Positions 1 through 7,604 of a DNA stretch of 64,000 nucleotides are shown one piece after another (the first letter of the stretch is position 1; each line of letters starts with the position of its first letter). Source of the DNA: Gemmatimonadota bacterium. GTDB taxonomy: Bacteria; Gemmatimonadota; Gemmatimonadetes; Palauibacterales; Palauibacteraceae. The stretch covers positions 608,001 to 672,000 of the forward strand of contig OY762926.1 of assembly GCA_963666735.1 (NCBI GenBank), given 5' to 3'. The notes under the pieces are model-generated. The model was not told where the DNA came from. It worked only from the letters and a program-made list of their open reading frames with translations, and did no database searches. Position numbers and translations under genes: made by a program.

Positions 1-973
1 CCATCATTTTCGTCAAATCCAGCGGTACGAAGGGCACTGGGTCCGCCACGGCATCCCTCCACTGGTCGTCAGCTACGGTCGTTGCAATCCACAGATGTCC
101 ACCCGCGTACTTCAAGCCTCTAATGACCGATGGCGCCGGAGCCTCGAGCGGATATCCTTCCAACGGCGGGCCTGGCGTGAACCAGGGGGGGCGCCCCTCC
201 AACCGAACGACCCTGTCCGGATCCGCGGGATCCCACGCCTCGACGGCGTACTCGGTGGGTAGTGCCCGCCACACTCTCCCCTCCTCATCCGTTGCCAGCG
301 GCGAAGGGAAGAAACGGCGCATCGCATCGTCCGTGGGTACGACGGCAATCATCTCGATCGTATTCCCATCCAGATCGATGGCTTGCGTGATCTCGGCGCG
401 CTCCGAGTCGTCGGTGCGCCCCCAGCCCGCCAACACGAACCCCGAACCGGACGCCAGCGCCATGAAGTTAGTCGTGAACCTCGCGCCGATGTCTGTCAAC
501 TGCATCGGCTCCCAAGCCGCGGACAGATGCGTAATTCGCCGAATGAATGGATCGAGCACCAGCACGCCGCCATCGGGCAGGGGCCGCAACATGCCGTGGC
601 CCGGTTCGAAGAACTCGCCCGGACCTTCTCCGCTCCGCCCGAAGCTCTCCCGGTACGTGCCTTGGCCATCGTATACCAACATCTCCGCGCCGTTCTCCGG
701 GGTGGCGAGCACGAAGTCGCCGGACTCGAGGCGCGTGATTATCGAGGGAGATCCGATGGTGCCCGGATCATCCATCGCTCCGAGACTGAGTGCCTCATCG
801 AGCACGACCTCGCACGACGGCGGCTCCGAAGAGATCGGCAACACCTGCTGCGAGGCCGCCATTGCTGGAGCACCCGCGAGGAGGGCGCCCGGCAACCACC
901 ACCGCCGAAGCGATGACGATGACACTGCGCCGACCAGGCGGGTCGGCTCTTGGGCACGCCACCTCAGGTACAT
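1..973 (-). CDS. 6-bladed/NHL-type beta-propeller protein, probably exported; runs off the window start
   Basis: Not in the ORF track. Manual translation from ATG 973 gives MYLRWRAQ...LLAGAPAMAASQQ...MLVYDGQGTYRESFGRSGEGPGEF...DGGVLVLD...DEEGRVW..., open to position 1. GxGxGPGEF is typical of this family. The + strand ORF 123..1013 is its antisense shadow. Confidence 0.85.
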   Translation of the reverse strand, partial: MYLRWRAQEPTRLVGAVSSSSLRRWWLPGALLAGAPAMAASQQVLPISSEPPSCEVVLDEALSLGAMDDPGTIGSPSIITRLESGDFVLATPENGAEMLVYDGQGTYRESFGRSGEGPGEFFEPGHGMLRPLPDGGVLVLDPFIRRITHLSAAWEPMQLTDIGARFTTNFMALASGSGFVLAGWGRTDDSERAEITQAIDLDGNTIEMIAVVPTDDAMRRFFPSPLATDEEGRVWRALPTEYAVEAWDPADPDRVVRLEGRPPWFTPGPPLEGYPLEAPAPSVIRGLKYAGGHLWIATTVADDQWRDAVADPVPFVPLDLTKMM

Positions 974-1560
974 TCGCCAAAACACCAAAACCGGCCATCG
1001 GGCCCGCAACTGATGTTGGGGATACAAAAAGCGGCACGACACCTTGAACTGAGATCATCGGGACTCACGCAATCGCCGATGTTGCGGCAGCTACACCACG
1101 GAATCACGTCATCGGGAGGCGCGGTGGCGTCTGACAAATCCGATGACCCGAGCAATCTGAAAGCGAACCAAGCCTCCTCGCGGCTAAACAGGTTCGACAC
1201 TGCTGTCTCAAGCGCTTGTTCCGCCCGCGAGCCCCGGTCCGTAGGGTGTTGCTCGTACCAAGCTCTTACGCTCCCAATCACCGCCTTCTGTTCGCTGCTG
1301 AAGCGATCATCTTGTGCGGCGCGGGCCAGATGCTCGCTTCGGAGCATGGAGCGAAGATCCTCGTTCCCCCGGCTCGTGATGATTGCGCGTTCCGCTGGTC
1401 CGTACTCAATGAACCTCTCGTAAGTGAGCGTCGGGGAGTCGACGTGCTGCGCGACCGGGTCCGCTGTCGCACACACACCTGCGGGACCGCTATACTCTTC
1501 CCGCTCTTCGGTTAGGCCGGACATCCCGATCCCGGCCGCCGCCGAACACAGGCTAACCAT
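964..1560 (-). CDS. Bacteriocin fulvocin C-related precursor: helical pro-domain plus C-terminal 8-Cys peptide
   Basis: The C-terminal 43 aa (CSCRNIGDC...RC...FC...SCGPDGRFWCFGECT) hold 8 Cys. The middle region TYERFIEYGPAERAII...RSMLRSEHL...SSEQKAVI resembles the pro-region of fulvocin C-related proteins as I recall it. The start may be ATG 1571 with a frameshift. Confidence 0.7.
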   Translation of the reverse strand: MVSLCSAAAGIGMSGLTEEREEYSGPAGVCATADPVAQHVDSPTLTYERFIEYGPAERAIITSRGNEDLRSMLRSEHLARAAQDDRFSSEQKAVIGSVRAWYEQHPTDRGSRAEQALETAVSNLFSREEAWFAFRLLGSSDLSDATAPPDDVIPWCSCRNIGDCVSPDDLSSRCRAAFCIPNISCGPDGRFWCFGECT

Positions 1561-1649
1561 TTCAGCCTCATGAGATTCTCTCTCCTTTTCGGCGGCCTAA
1601 TAACGTGACTAAAACTAGACGCACAACTATCGCTTTTTCACGTGATCCA

Positions 1650-1679
1650 AGTGTAAATTACAATCTTCGAAAATGTCAA
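1650..1679 (-). promoter_or_regulatory. sigma70-type promoter TTGACA-N18-TACACT with overlapping palindrome TGTAA-n-TTACA (1652-1662)
   Basis: The minus strand reads cTTGACAttttcgaagattgtaattTACACTtgg, in an AT-rich patch upstream of the peptide gene. Confidence 0.6.
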
Positions 1680-2045
1680 GCCGTCGAAACCGGCTGAACG
1701 GGATCCGGGGGCGGAGCGGATCGGCGTGACGCAACGGCATTCTCGCCGGTCGCGCCGGAAGTTCGAGGCCGAAGGCGCCGCGGCGGCGGTTCACGGGCGA
1801 AGCACCGCCGCCGGCGTCCGAGGCGGGCGGCGCTGGGCGAGCCGGGGCAGTGGGACAGCTCGGTGCACCCGTGGCTGGAGGAGCGGGCGGCGGAAGGGCG
1901 GGTGCCGGTCTCGATCCGCGACGACGCGACGAGCCGGCTGATGATGGCCCGCTTCGTAGCGCGCGACGACGGGGCGGAGAACCGGCGGGCGATCATCGGC
2001 TACCTTCGCCGCCACGTCCAGCCCGTAGTCGGTGTACACCGACTA
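1677..2045 (+). pseudogene. Degenerate ISNCY/IS1202-like transposase fragment
   Basis: HTH-like GAERIGVTQRHSRRSRRKFEAEGAAAAVHG, then QWDSSVHPWLEER...IRDDATSRLMMARF...YLRRH...VYTD; deletions and frameshifts. Confidence 0.7.
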
Positions 2046-2049
2046 CGCC

Positions 2050-2420
2050 GGACTGCGGCGCAATGCCGACTTCGCAGCGGGGATGGAGCGGGTGCTCGAC
2101 GTCTACCGGCGTCCGTACGATGCGAACTTCCAAGTGGTGTACATGGACGAGACGCCGCGCCAGGTGATCGGCGAGACCCGCACGCCCGTCCCGCCGGCAC
2201 CGGGACGGGCGGCCCGCGAAGAACACGAGTACAGGCGCCTCGGCACCCGCAACGTGTTCATGGCCACCGAACCGCTGGCCGGCCGGCGCCAGACCAAGGT
2301 GACCGGGCGCAGGACCAAGACCGACTGGGGCCGCTTCCTGCGCGACATCGCCGCGCAGTACCCCGGCGCCGCCCGGATCAGGCTGGTGATGGACAACCTG
2401 AACACGCACCGCCCCGGTGC
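2050..2420 (+). pseudogene. IS630-family transposase fragment
   Basis: ADFAAGMERVLDVYRRPYD...VVYMDE...HEYRRLGTRNVFMATEPLAGRR...RRTKTDW...IRLVMDNLNTH; truncated at both ends. Confidence 0.85.
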
Positions 2421-2524
2421 GCCTGGCACGCGGCCAGAGACCGAATCCAAGCCAACGAGGCCGCGTTCCGCCGCGCCTTCGGGATCGTAGAGGCGGCCGA
2501 ACAGCATGACCTCCGCTGATGTCG

Positions 2525-2748
2525 CTGCGGGGTGGCGCTTCGCCCGATGTCCGAGGCGATCGCGGGGAAGGGCACTCCGACCTTCAGCTCCGGCAGCCCC
2601 ACGCCTCCTTCGCCCCCGGCCATGATGCGGTAGCCGCAGGCGATGACGCCGCCGGCAGCACGTCGGCGAACTCGACGGTGAGGACGTTCGCCGGTTCGTG
2701 CGCTATCCGGATCTCCGCCGTGCCGTTCTCATCTCTCCTTTGGATCAT
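2525..2748 (-). pseudogene. Enoyl-CoA hydratase/isomerase remnant
   Basis: RBS GAGGAGAGG then MIQRRDENGTAEIRIAHEPANVLTVEFADVL; after an internal deletion/frameshift, AGGVIACGYRIMAGGEGGVGLPELKVGVPFP (crotonase motif). Confidence 0.7.
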
Positions 2749-2818
2749 GTCCTCTCCTCACCGCTCTCGCCTTGATTCTACTAGCAAGTTAGTTGACCGG
2801 GCGTCCTCGCCCGCCTAG

Positions 2819-4691
2819 GCCTAAAACAAGCGAGTAGGGCTGGCGAGGCGTCACTTGGATTTCGGGCGGCGGATTATGGGCGGAGGAGGCCGCCGGGAAG
2901 CCGTGTTTCCGTGGTTCCGAGGCGGGGATTCGGGGTTTGTCGCTCGGCGGAAGGAGGGTGCGGGGCCGGCGTTTTGCGCGGGGAGACACCGGTCCCCGGG
3001 GAGGCGGTTGACGCCTTCGGGCGAGCCGGGCCCGGCGGCGGGTGCTACGTGAAGCCGGTCCGCTCGATGGTGTTCCAGGTGCTGAACAGGCGGTCCACCG
3101 AGGGCCGCCAGCCGATGATGCGCAGGGTCGTGCGGCGGGCGCGGCGGATGACTTGGCAGGGCACGAGGATCATCTCGCGGACGAAGCGCCTGAACTCCAT
3201 GGCGGTGTATTTCCGGCGGTCGGCCTTCAGGTGCATCATCATCGCCAGGAAGCTCTTGAGGTTCCACGCCAAGGCCGCCATCACCATGTAGGCCCAGTTG
3301 CTCACCAGGTCGTAGACGGGCACGCGCAGCGCGTTCACCCCGTTCTTGAGCTGCGCGATCACGTTCTCCTGGCCGCACCGGGCGTTGGCCAGCCGGACGA
3401 CCTCGGCCGCGCTCACGTCCCTCCGGGTGGTGATGTGGAAGAAGTGGCGGATCTCCTCGATGAGGGCGAGTTCGCCCCTCATCTCGCTGATGTTCTTGCG
3501 CACCACCACCATCCGGTACGTCTTGCGGCACTTGACGGGCCGGTGGTCGAACTCGGCCACCTCCTCGAAGTTGAGCCGCTTGTTCACGTAACCGCGCTCG
3601 CGCACGATCCGCCCCTTCACGTCCTCCCGCCCACTCCGCGTCTTCCCCGTCCGGGACACGTGGCGGGGCTTGCGCTCCAGAGGCTTCCAGTCGTCCTCCT
3701 CCAGCGCCTCGGCCCGCCGCACCAGCGCCGAATGGGCGTCGTAGCCGAAGATGAAGTCCGCCCGCTCGCTCCAGCGGTCGAAGTTGACGGTCAGCGAGAA
3801 GTCCGTGTCCCCGCGCACGCACACCCGCTCCGCGTACGGCGCCACCAGGTCGATGGCCCGGTCGATCCACTCCGCCGCGCCGGCGTGGCTCACCGCGTTG
3901 CCCGGCCGGTTCACCACGTAGAGCACCTCGGCCGTGTTGGCCAGCGACACGACCAGCGGGTGGTAGCCCCACACCTTCTTGTAGGACATGTCCATGCCCG
4001 CCTTCTTGCGGCCCAGCGTGGGCGCCAGCGTCCCGTCCACGTCGATATGGGCCACCGGCTCCAGCAGATCCCGGCCCCGGCCCCGCCACAGCTTGGGCCT
4101 GACCGCGTTGACGCACTCCATGAGCTCGACCACGTCCGACTCGGAGAAGCGCCGCGTGAAGTCGCCCGCCGCCGTCGGACTGGGGATCACGTCCGCGCCC
4201 AGGGCGTCCATGTACGCCGCGTCGTGGCGCAGGCCGTTCAGATCCTCGAGCCGCGCGCCCCCGCACAGCAGGTTGTAGGCGATGTTCAGCACGTGGTCCG
4301 ACTCGTGGTACGGCAGGTGCCGCTTCAGAAGATCCAGTCGCCGGTCGATCTCCCGCGCCAGCGAAAGCTTCGACACCAGGCGCCGCACGGCGCCGATGCC
4401 CCCGAAGCTCATCGCGCTCGTCCGCGCCCCGATCTCGTAGCGGAGCCCGCCCGCCGAAAACACGGGCTTCGGCCGGGAGCCCCGCCGCCTCGCCCCCGCC
4501 CGCCGCGACTCCACTCTCCGCTTCCGCCGGGCACTGTTCCTTCGGCTCTGCCTGTGCGATATTCCGTTCACCGGAAAGGCCTCCTGGTTGGGATCGGGCG
4601 TCCATCGTTCGAATCCGCTATCGACAATCAGGATAAGCCTTTCCGGTACCTTTTAACAAGGGTTCGCGCGTGGATCGCGCCTGTTTTAGGC
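2819..4691 (-). mobile_element. IS1380-family insertion sequence, apparently complete
   Basis: Terminal IRs GCCTAAAACAAGCG (from 2819) and CGCCTGTTTTAGGC (to 4691), flanked by CTAG at 2815-2818 and 4692-4695. An alternative reading is a 6-bp CCTAGG duplication. Confidence 0.9.
3045..4571 (-). CDS. IS1380-family DDE transposase
   Basis: LLKRHLPYHESDHVLNIAYNLLCGG...IDVDGT...GYHPLVVSLANT...RGDTDF...ENVIAQLKNG...NWAYMVMAALAWNL. Confidence 0.93.
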   Translation of the reverse strand: MNGISHRQSRRNSARRKRRVESRRAGARRRGSRPKPVFSAGGLRYEIGARTSAMSFGGIGAVRRLVSKLSLAREIDRRLDLLKRHLPYHESDHVLNIAYNLLCGGARLEDLNGLRHDAAYMDALGADVIPSPTAAGDFTRRFSESDVVELMECVNAVRPKLWRGRGRDLLEPVAHIDVDGTLAPTLGRKKAGMDMSYKKVWGYHPLVVSLANTAEVLYVVNRPGNAVSHAGAAEWIDRAIDLVAPYAERVCVRGDTDFSLTVNFDRWSERADFIFGYDAHSALVRRAEALEEDDWKPLERKPRHVSRTGKTRSGREDVKGRIVRERGYVNKRLNFEEVAEFDHRPVKCRKTYRMVVVRKNISEMRGELALIEEIRHFFHITTRRDVSAAEVVRLANARCGQENVIAQLKNGVNALRVPVYDLVSNWAYMVMAALAWNLKSFLAMMMHLKADRRKYTAMEFRRFVREMILVPCQVIRRARRTTLRIIGWRPSVDRLFSTWNTIERTGFT

Positions 4692-4946
4692 CTAGGCTCC
4701 GCCACAGGGAGAGACCGTCGGTCCGCGGGGCCGTACAACGGTTCGGGTGCGTCCCGGTGTCAAAGCCGCGATCTCTGACGTTGATAGACGGTTGACAGTT
4801 TTGCGATAGATTCAGCTTGCCGCGACCACTCGGACCGGTGTCGGGTTACGGATACCCGGCGGTCGGCGACCTCGGGAGACGCTCGAGGGGACGGCTTGAA
4901 CATCGACGGGCGAGGAACGCGCCCCGAACACAGCGGTGCGAAGCTT

Positions 4947-6197
4947 ATGAAGGCACGTCATTGGGTCACGTTGATCGTCATGCTCATCGCGGGTGCGGCT
5001 GTCGTCGGCATCTTCATGCGGTTGAGCGAGGACGAGGAAGAGGGGCCGGAGACCTTCGGCGATCCCGCCGCGGACTCGGTGGCGGAGGCGGTGCGGGGGA
5101 CGGCCTCCGCCGCTGCCTTCGCCACGGATATCTTCCTTCCCGTCGAGGGGGCCGTCATCCAGCGCGATACTTTCGTGCTCTGGGTTACGGCGAGCGGGCG
5201 CGCCGTGTCTCTCCGCCGCGCGCCGCTCCATGCCGATGTCCAGGGGCCCGTGACGGCGGTGCCGGTGCAGGAAGGGGAGCATGTGCGCGCAGGCCAGCTC
5301 CTGGCGCGGATCGACCCGACGCTCTACGAACTCCGGGCGCAGCGGGCGGAGGCCGGAGTGGCGCGCGCGCAGGCGGAATATCTGGACCGGGTGCTTTTCG
5401 ATGAGGAACTGCCCGACTCGGTCCGGCTGGCTCGTGCCGAGCAGGCTCGCATTCGGGTGAGCCTCCCCGATCAGGAGGCGCAACTCGCGGAAGCGCGCTA
5501 CGAACTGGAGAAGACCCGCATCGTCGCCCCCTTCGCCGGCCTGGTGGCGAACCTCGGGGTGGCGCAGGGGAGCCGGGTCCGGACGGGCGATTCGATCGCG
5601 ACCATCGTGGACCTGTCCGAGATCGACATCGACGCCGGAGTTCTCCACTCCGAACTCCCCCTCATTGAAGTTGGACGGGAGGCGACCGCCACCTTCCCCG
5701 CGCTTCGCGGAGAGGTTTTTGAGGGGCGCGTCGTGAGCGTGAATCCGCTGGTCGATCCCGAGACGCAGACGGCGCGGGTCACCGTGCGCCTGTCGAACCC
5801 CGAAACCCGCATCGTCCCGGGCATGCCGGGGAATGTACGGATCGCCGGCCGGCAACTCGCGGACCGGACGTTCGTGCCGAAAGAGGCCGTCGTCGAGCGG
5901 AGCCGGCGCCAGGTCGTGTTCGTCTTCGAGCCGGGGGCGCCGGGCTCGGAGACGGGGCGCGCGCAGTGGGAATACGTGACGCTGGGCCTCGAGAACGACA
6001 CGCAGTTCGAGATCATCCCCAACCCGGACGGCGACGACACCTTCGTGCCGGCGGGGGGCGAAATCGTGCTCGTCGACGGTCACGCCACGCTCACGCACGA
6101 CGCCCAGGTGCGGATCGACAACCACAGCGAACTCGAGACGCCTTCGGAGCCGCCCGCAGACGGCGGCGAGAACGGCTCCACGGGCGGCTCGCGATGA
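4947..6197 (+). CDS. RND efflux periplasmic adaptor (membrane fusion protein)
   Basis: N-terminal TM anchor, lipoyl-like halves (VQEGEHVRAGQLLARID; IVAPFAG), FEGRVVSVNPLVDPETQTARV. Start chosen at ATG 4947. Confidence 0.92.
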   Translation: MKARHWVTLIVMLIAGAAVVGIFMRLSEDEEEGPETFGDPAADSVAEAVRGTASAAAFATDIFLPVEGAVIQRDTFVLWVTASGRAVSLRRAPLHADVQGPVTAVPVQEGEHVRAGQLLARIDPTLYELRAQRAEAGVARAQAEYLDRVLFDEELPDSVRLARAEQARIRVSLPDQEAQLAEARYELEKTRIVAPFAGLVANLGVAQGSRVRTGDSIATIVDLSEIDIDAGVLHSELPLIEVGREATATFPALRGEVFEGRVVSVNPLVDPETQTARVTVRLSNPETRIVPGMPGNVRIAGRQLADRTFVPKEAVVERSRRQVVFVFEPGAPGSETGRAQWEYVTLGLENDTQFEIIPNPDGDDTFVPAGGEIVLVDGHATLTHDAQVRIDNHSELETPSEPPADGGENGSTGGSR

Positions 6198-7591
6198 GGG
6201 GCGGCGCCGGAGGCTGCTCGCCGCGGGTCCGCGGTGTGGTCGCTCTCGTCCCCCTGCTGATGGCCGGAGGACTTGGGGTCGCGGTGCCGGCGGAGGCGCA
6301 GGGGCCGACACTGCCGGACACGCTCGATATTACGAGGGCGATCCGGATCGCCATGAGCGAGAGTCCCGTGCTGCGGGTGTCCCGGACGCAAGCGGATCGA
6401 GCGGGCGCCGATCAGTTGGCGGCGTGGGGGGCGTTCCTCCCGAGGGCCGGCGTTGACGCCAGTCTCAGCCGGTCAAGTTTCTCCCGGACCACGTTCGTCG
6501 GCGAGGAGGGGCTGTCCGAGACGCTCCCGCAGACCCTCAGCTCTTCGAGCCAGGGAGCGAGTCAGGGGATCAACCTCAATTGGACCCTGCTCGACGGCGG
6601 ACGGCGGTTCTCCGAGATCTCGCGGTCTGCCGCAAGCCTGCGGGCCGCACACCGGCGATACGACGACCAGCAGCGCACTGTGGTTCTGGCAGTGCGCCGG
6701 GAATTCCTGGAAGCACTGCGGCGCCAGGACCTGCTGGAGCTTACCCGGGATCAGATCACCGACCGGGAACTCGAACTTGATATCGCTCGCCGGCGATACG
6801 AGATCGCGGCTGTGGAACGCACCGATGTTCTGGCCGCCCAGTCGCAGCTTCTCGATGCCCGAATCAGGCTGCTCTCGGAAGAAAACCAGTTGCGAAACGG
6901 CCTGAGGCAGTTGGTCGTATCGATGGGCCTCCCACCGGAATCCGGCGATGGTCTCGTACTTACGGGCGATGAGGGGATGCCCCGGGGGCTGCCGAATATC
7001 GACCTGATCGTGGAGTCGGCCGTCACCTCCGATCCCGGCCTCCTGGCCCTCGACGCCGAGCGGTCCGCCGCCGCGGCCTCGTTGTGGTCCGCGCGCCTGA
7101 ACTACCTGCCCACCATCAACGTCGGGCTGGGCTGGGGACGCGGGGAGAACTTCGGTCCCGAGGATTCGTTCTGGCAGTTCGACCCGGGCGACACGAGTCA
7201 CAGATTCAGTATCACCGCCTCCTGGAATCTCTTCGATGGCTTTCGCCGGGAAGTTCAGAACGCCCAGGCGTCGGCCGCCAAGCGACAGGCCGAGGAGGAT
7301 CTGCGGAGCCGGCGGCTGGAAATCGAACGCGATGTCCGTCGCTTCGGCTCGGAAATCGAGGAGTGGGCGCAGACGCTTGAGCTACTGGAGCAGCAATACG
7401 AGATCTCCCGCGAACGCCTCGACATGGAACAGGAGCGCTATCGGCTCGGCACCGCGAGTTTCCTTCAGCTTCAGAGCGCGATCGATGCGGTTCAGCGTGC
7501 CGAGACGTCGCTGATCCAGAACCAGTACAATTACCTGATCGCCTGGGCCAACCTTTCCGAGTACATGGAGGGCAGGCCCGGCAGCCCATGA
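6194..7591 (+). CDS. TolC-family outer membrane efflux protein
   Basis: Signal peptide, AFLPRAGV and YLPTINV repeats, ERYRLGTASFLQL; ATGA overlap with the MFP stop. Confidence 0.92.
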   Translation: MRGGAGGCSPRVRGVVALVPLLMAGGLGVAVPAEAQGPTLPDTLDITRAIRIAMSESPVLRVSRTQADRAGADQLAAWGAFLPRAGVDASLSRSSFSRTTFVGEEGLSETLPQTLSSSSQGASQGINLNWTLLDGGRRFSEISRSAASLRAAHRRYDDQQRTVVLAVRREFLEALRRQDLLELTRDQITDRELELDIARRRYEIAAVERTDVLAAQSQLLDARIRLLSEENQLRNGLRQLVVSMGLPPESGDGLVLTGDEGMPRGLPNIDLIVESAVTSDPGLLALDAERSAAAASLWSARLNYLPTINVGLGWGRGENFGPEDSFWQFDPGDTSHRFSITASWNLFDGFRREVQNAQASAAKRQAEEDLRSRRLEIERDVRRFGSEIEEWAQTLELLEQQYEISRERLDMEQERYRLGTASFLQLQSAIDAVQRAETSLIQNQYNYLIAWANLSEYMEGRPGSP

Positions 7592-7604
7592 CGAGACTCC
7601 GCTA

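Noticed and set aside
123..1013. 296-aa + strand ORF
   Set aside because: Ser/Pro-rich antisense shadow of the real minus-strand beta-propeller gene.
1598..1625. Weak resemblance to a dif/XerCD site (TAATAACGTGA-CTAAAA-CTAGACGCACA)
   Set aside because: Only 13 of 22 arm positions match E. coli dif by eye, the inner TAA/TTA bases are broken, and the region is AT-rich promoter/leader DNA.
2851..4778. Two ~580-aa ORFs overlapping the IS1380 transposase (alternative frame and antisense)
   Set aside because: Arg/Gly/Pro-rich with no motifs; expected stop-poor frames in GC-rich coding DNA.
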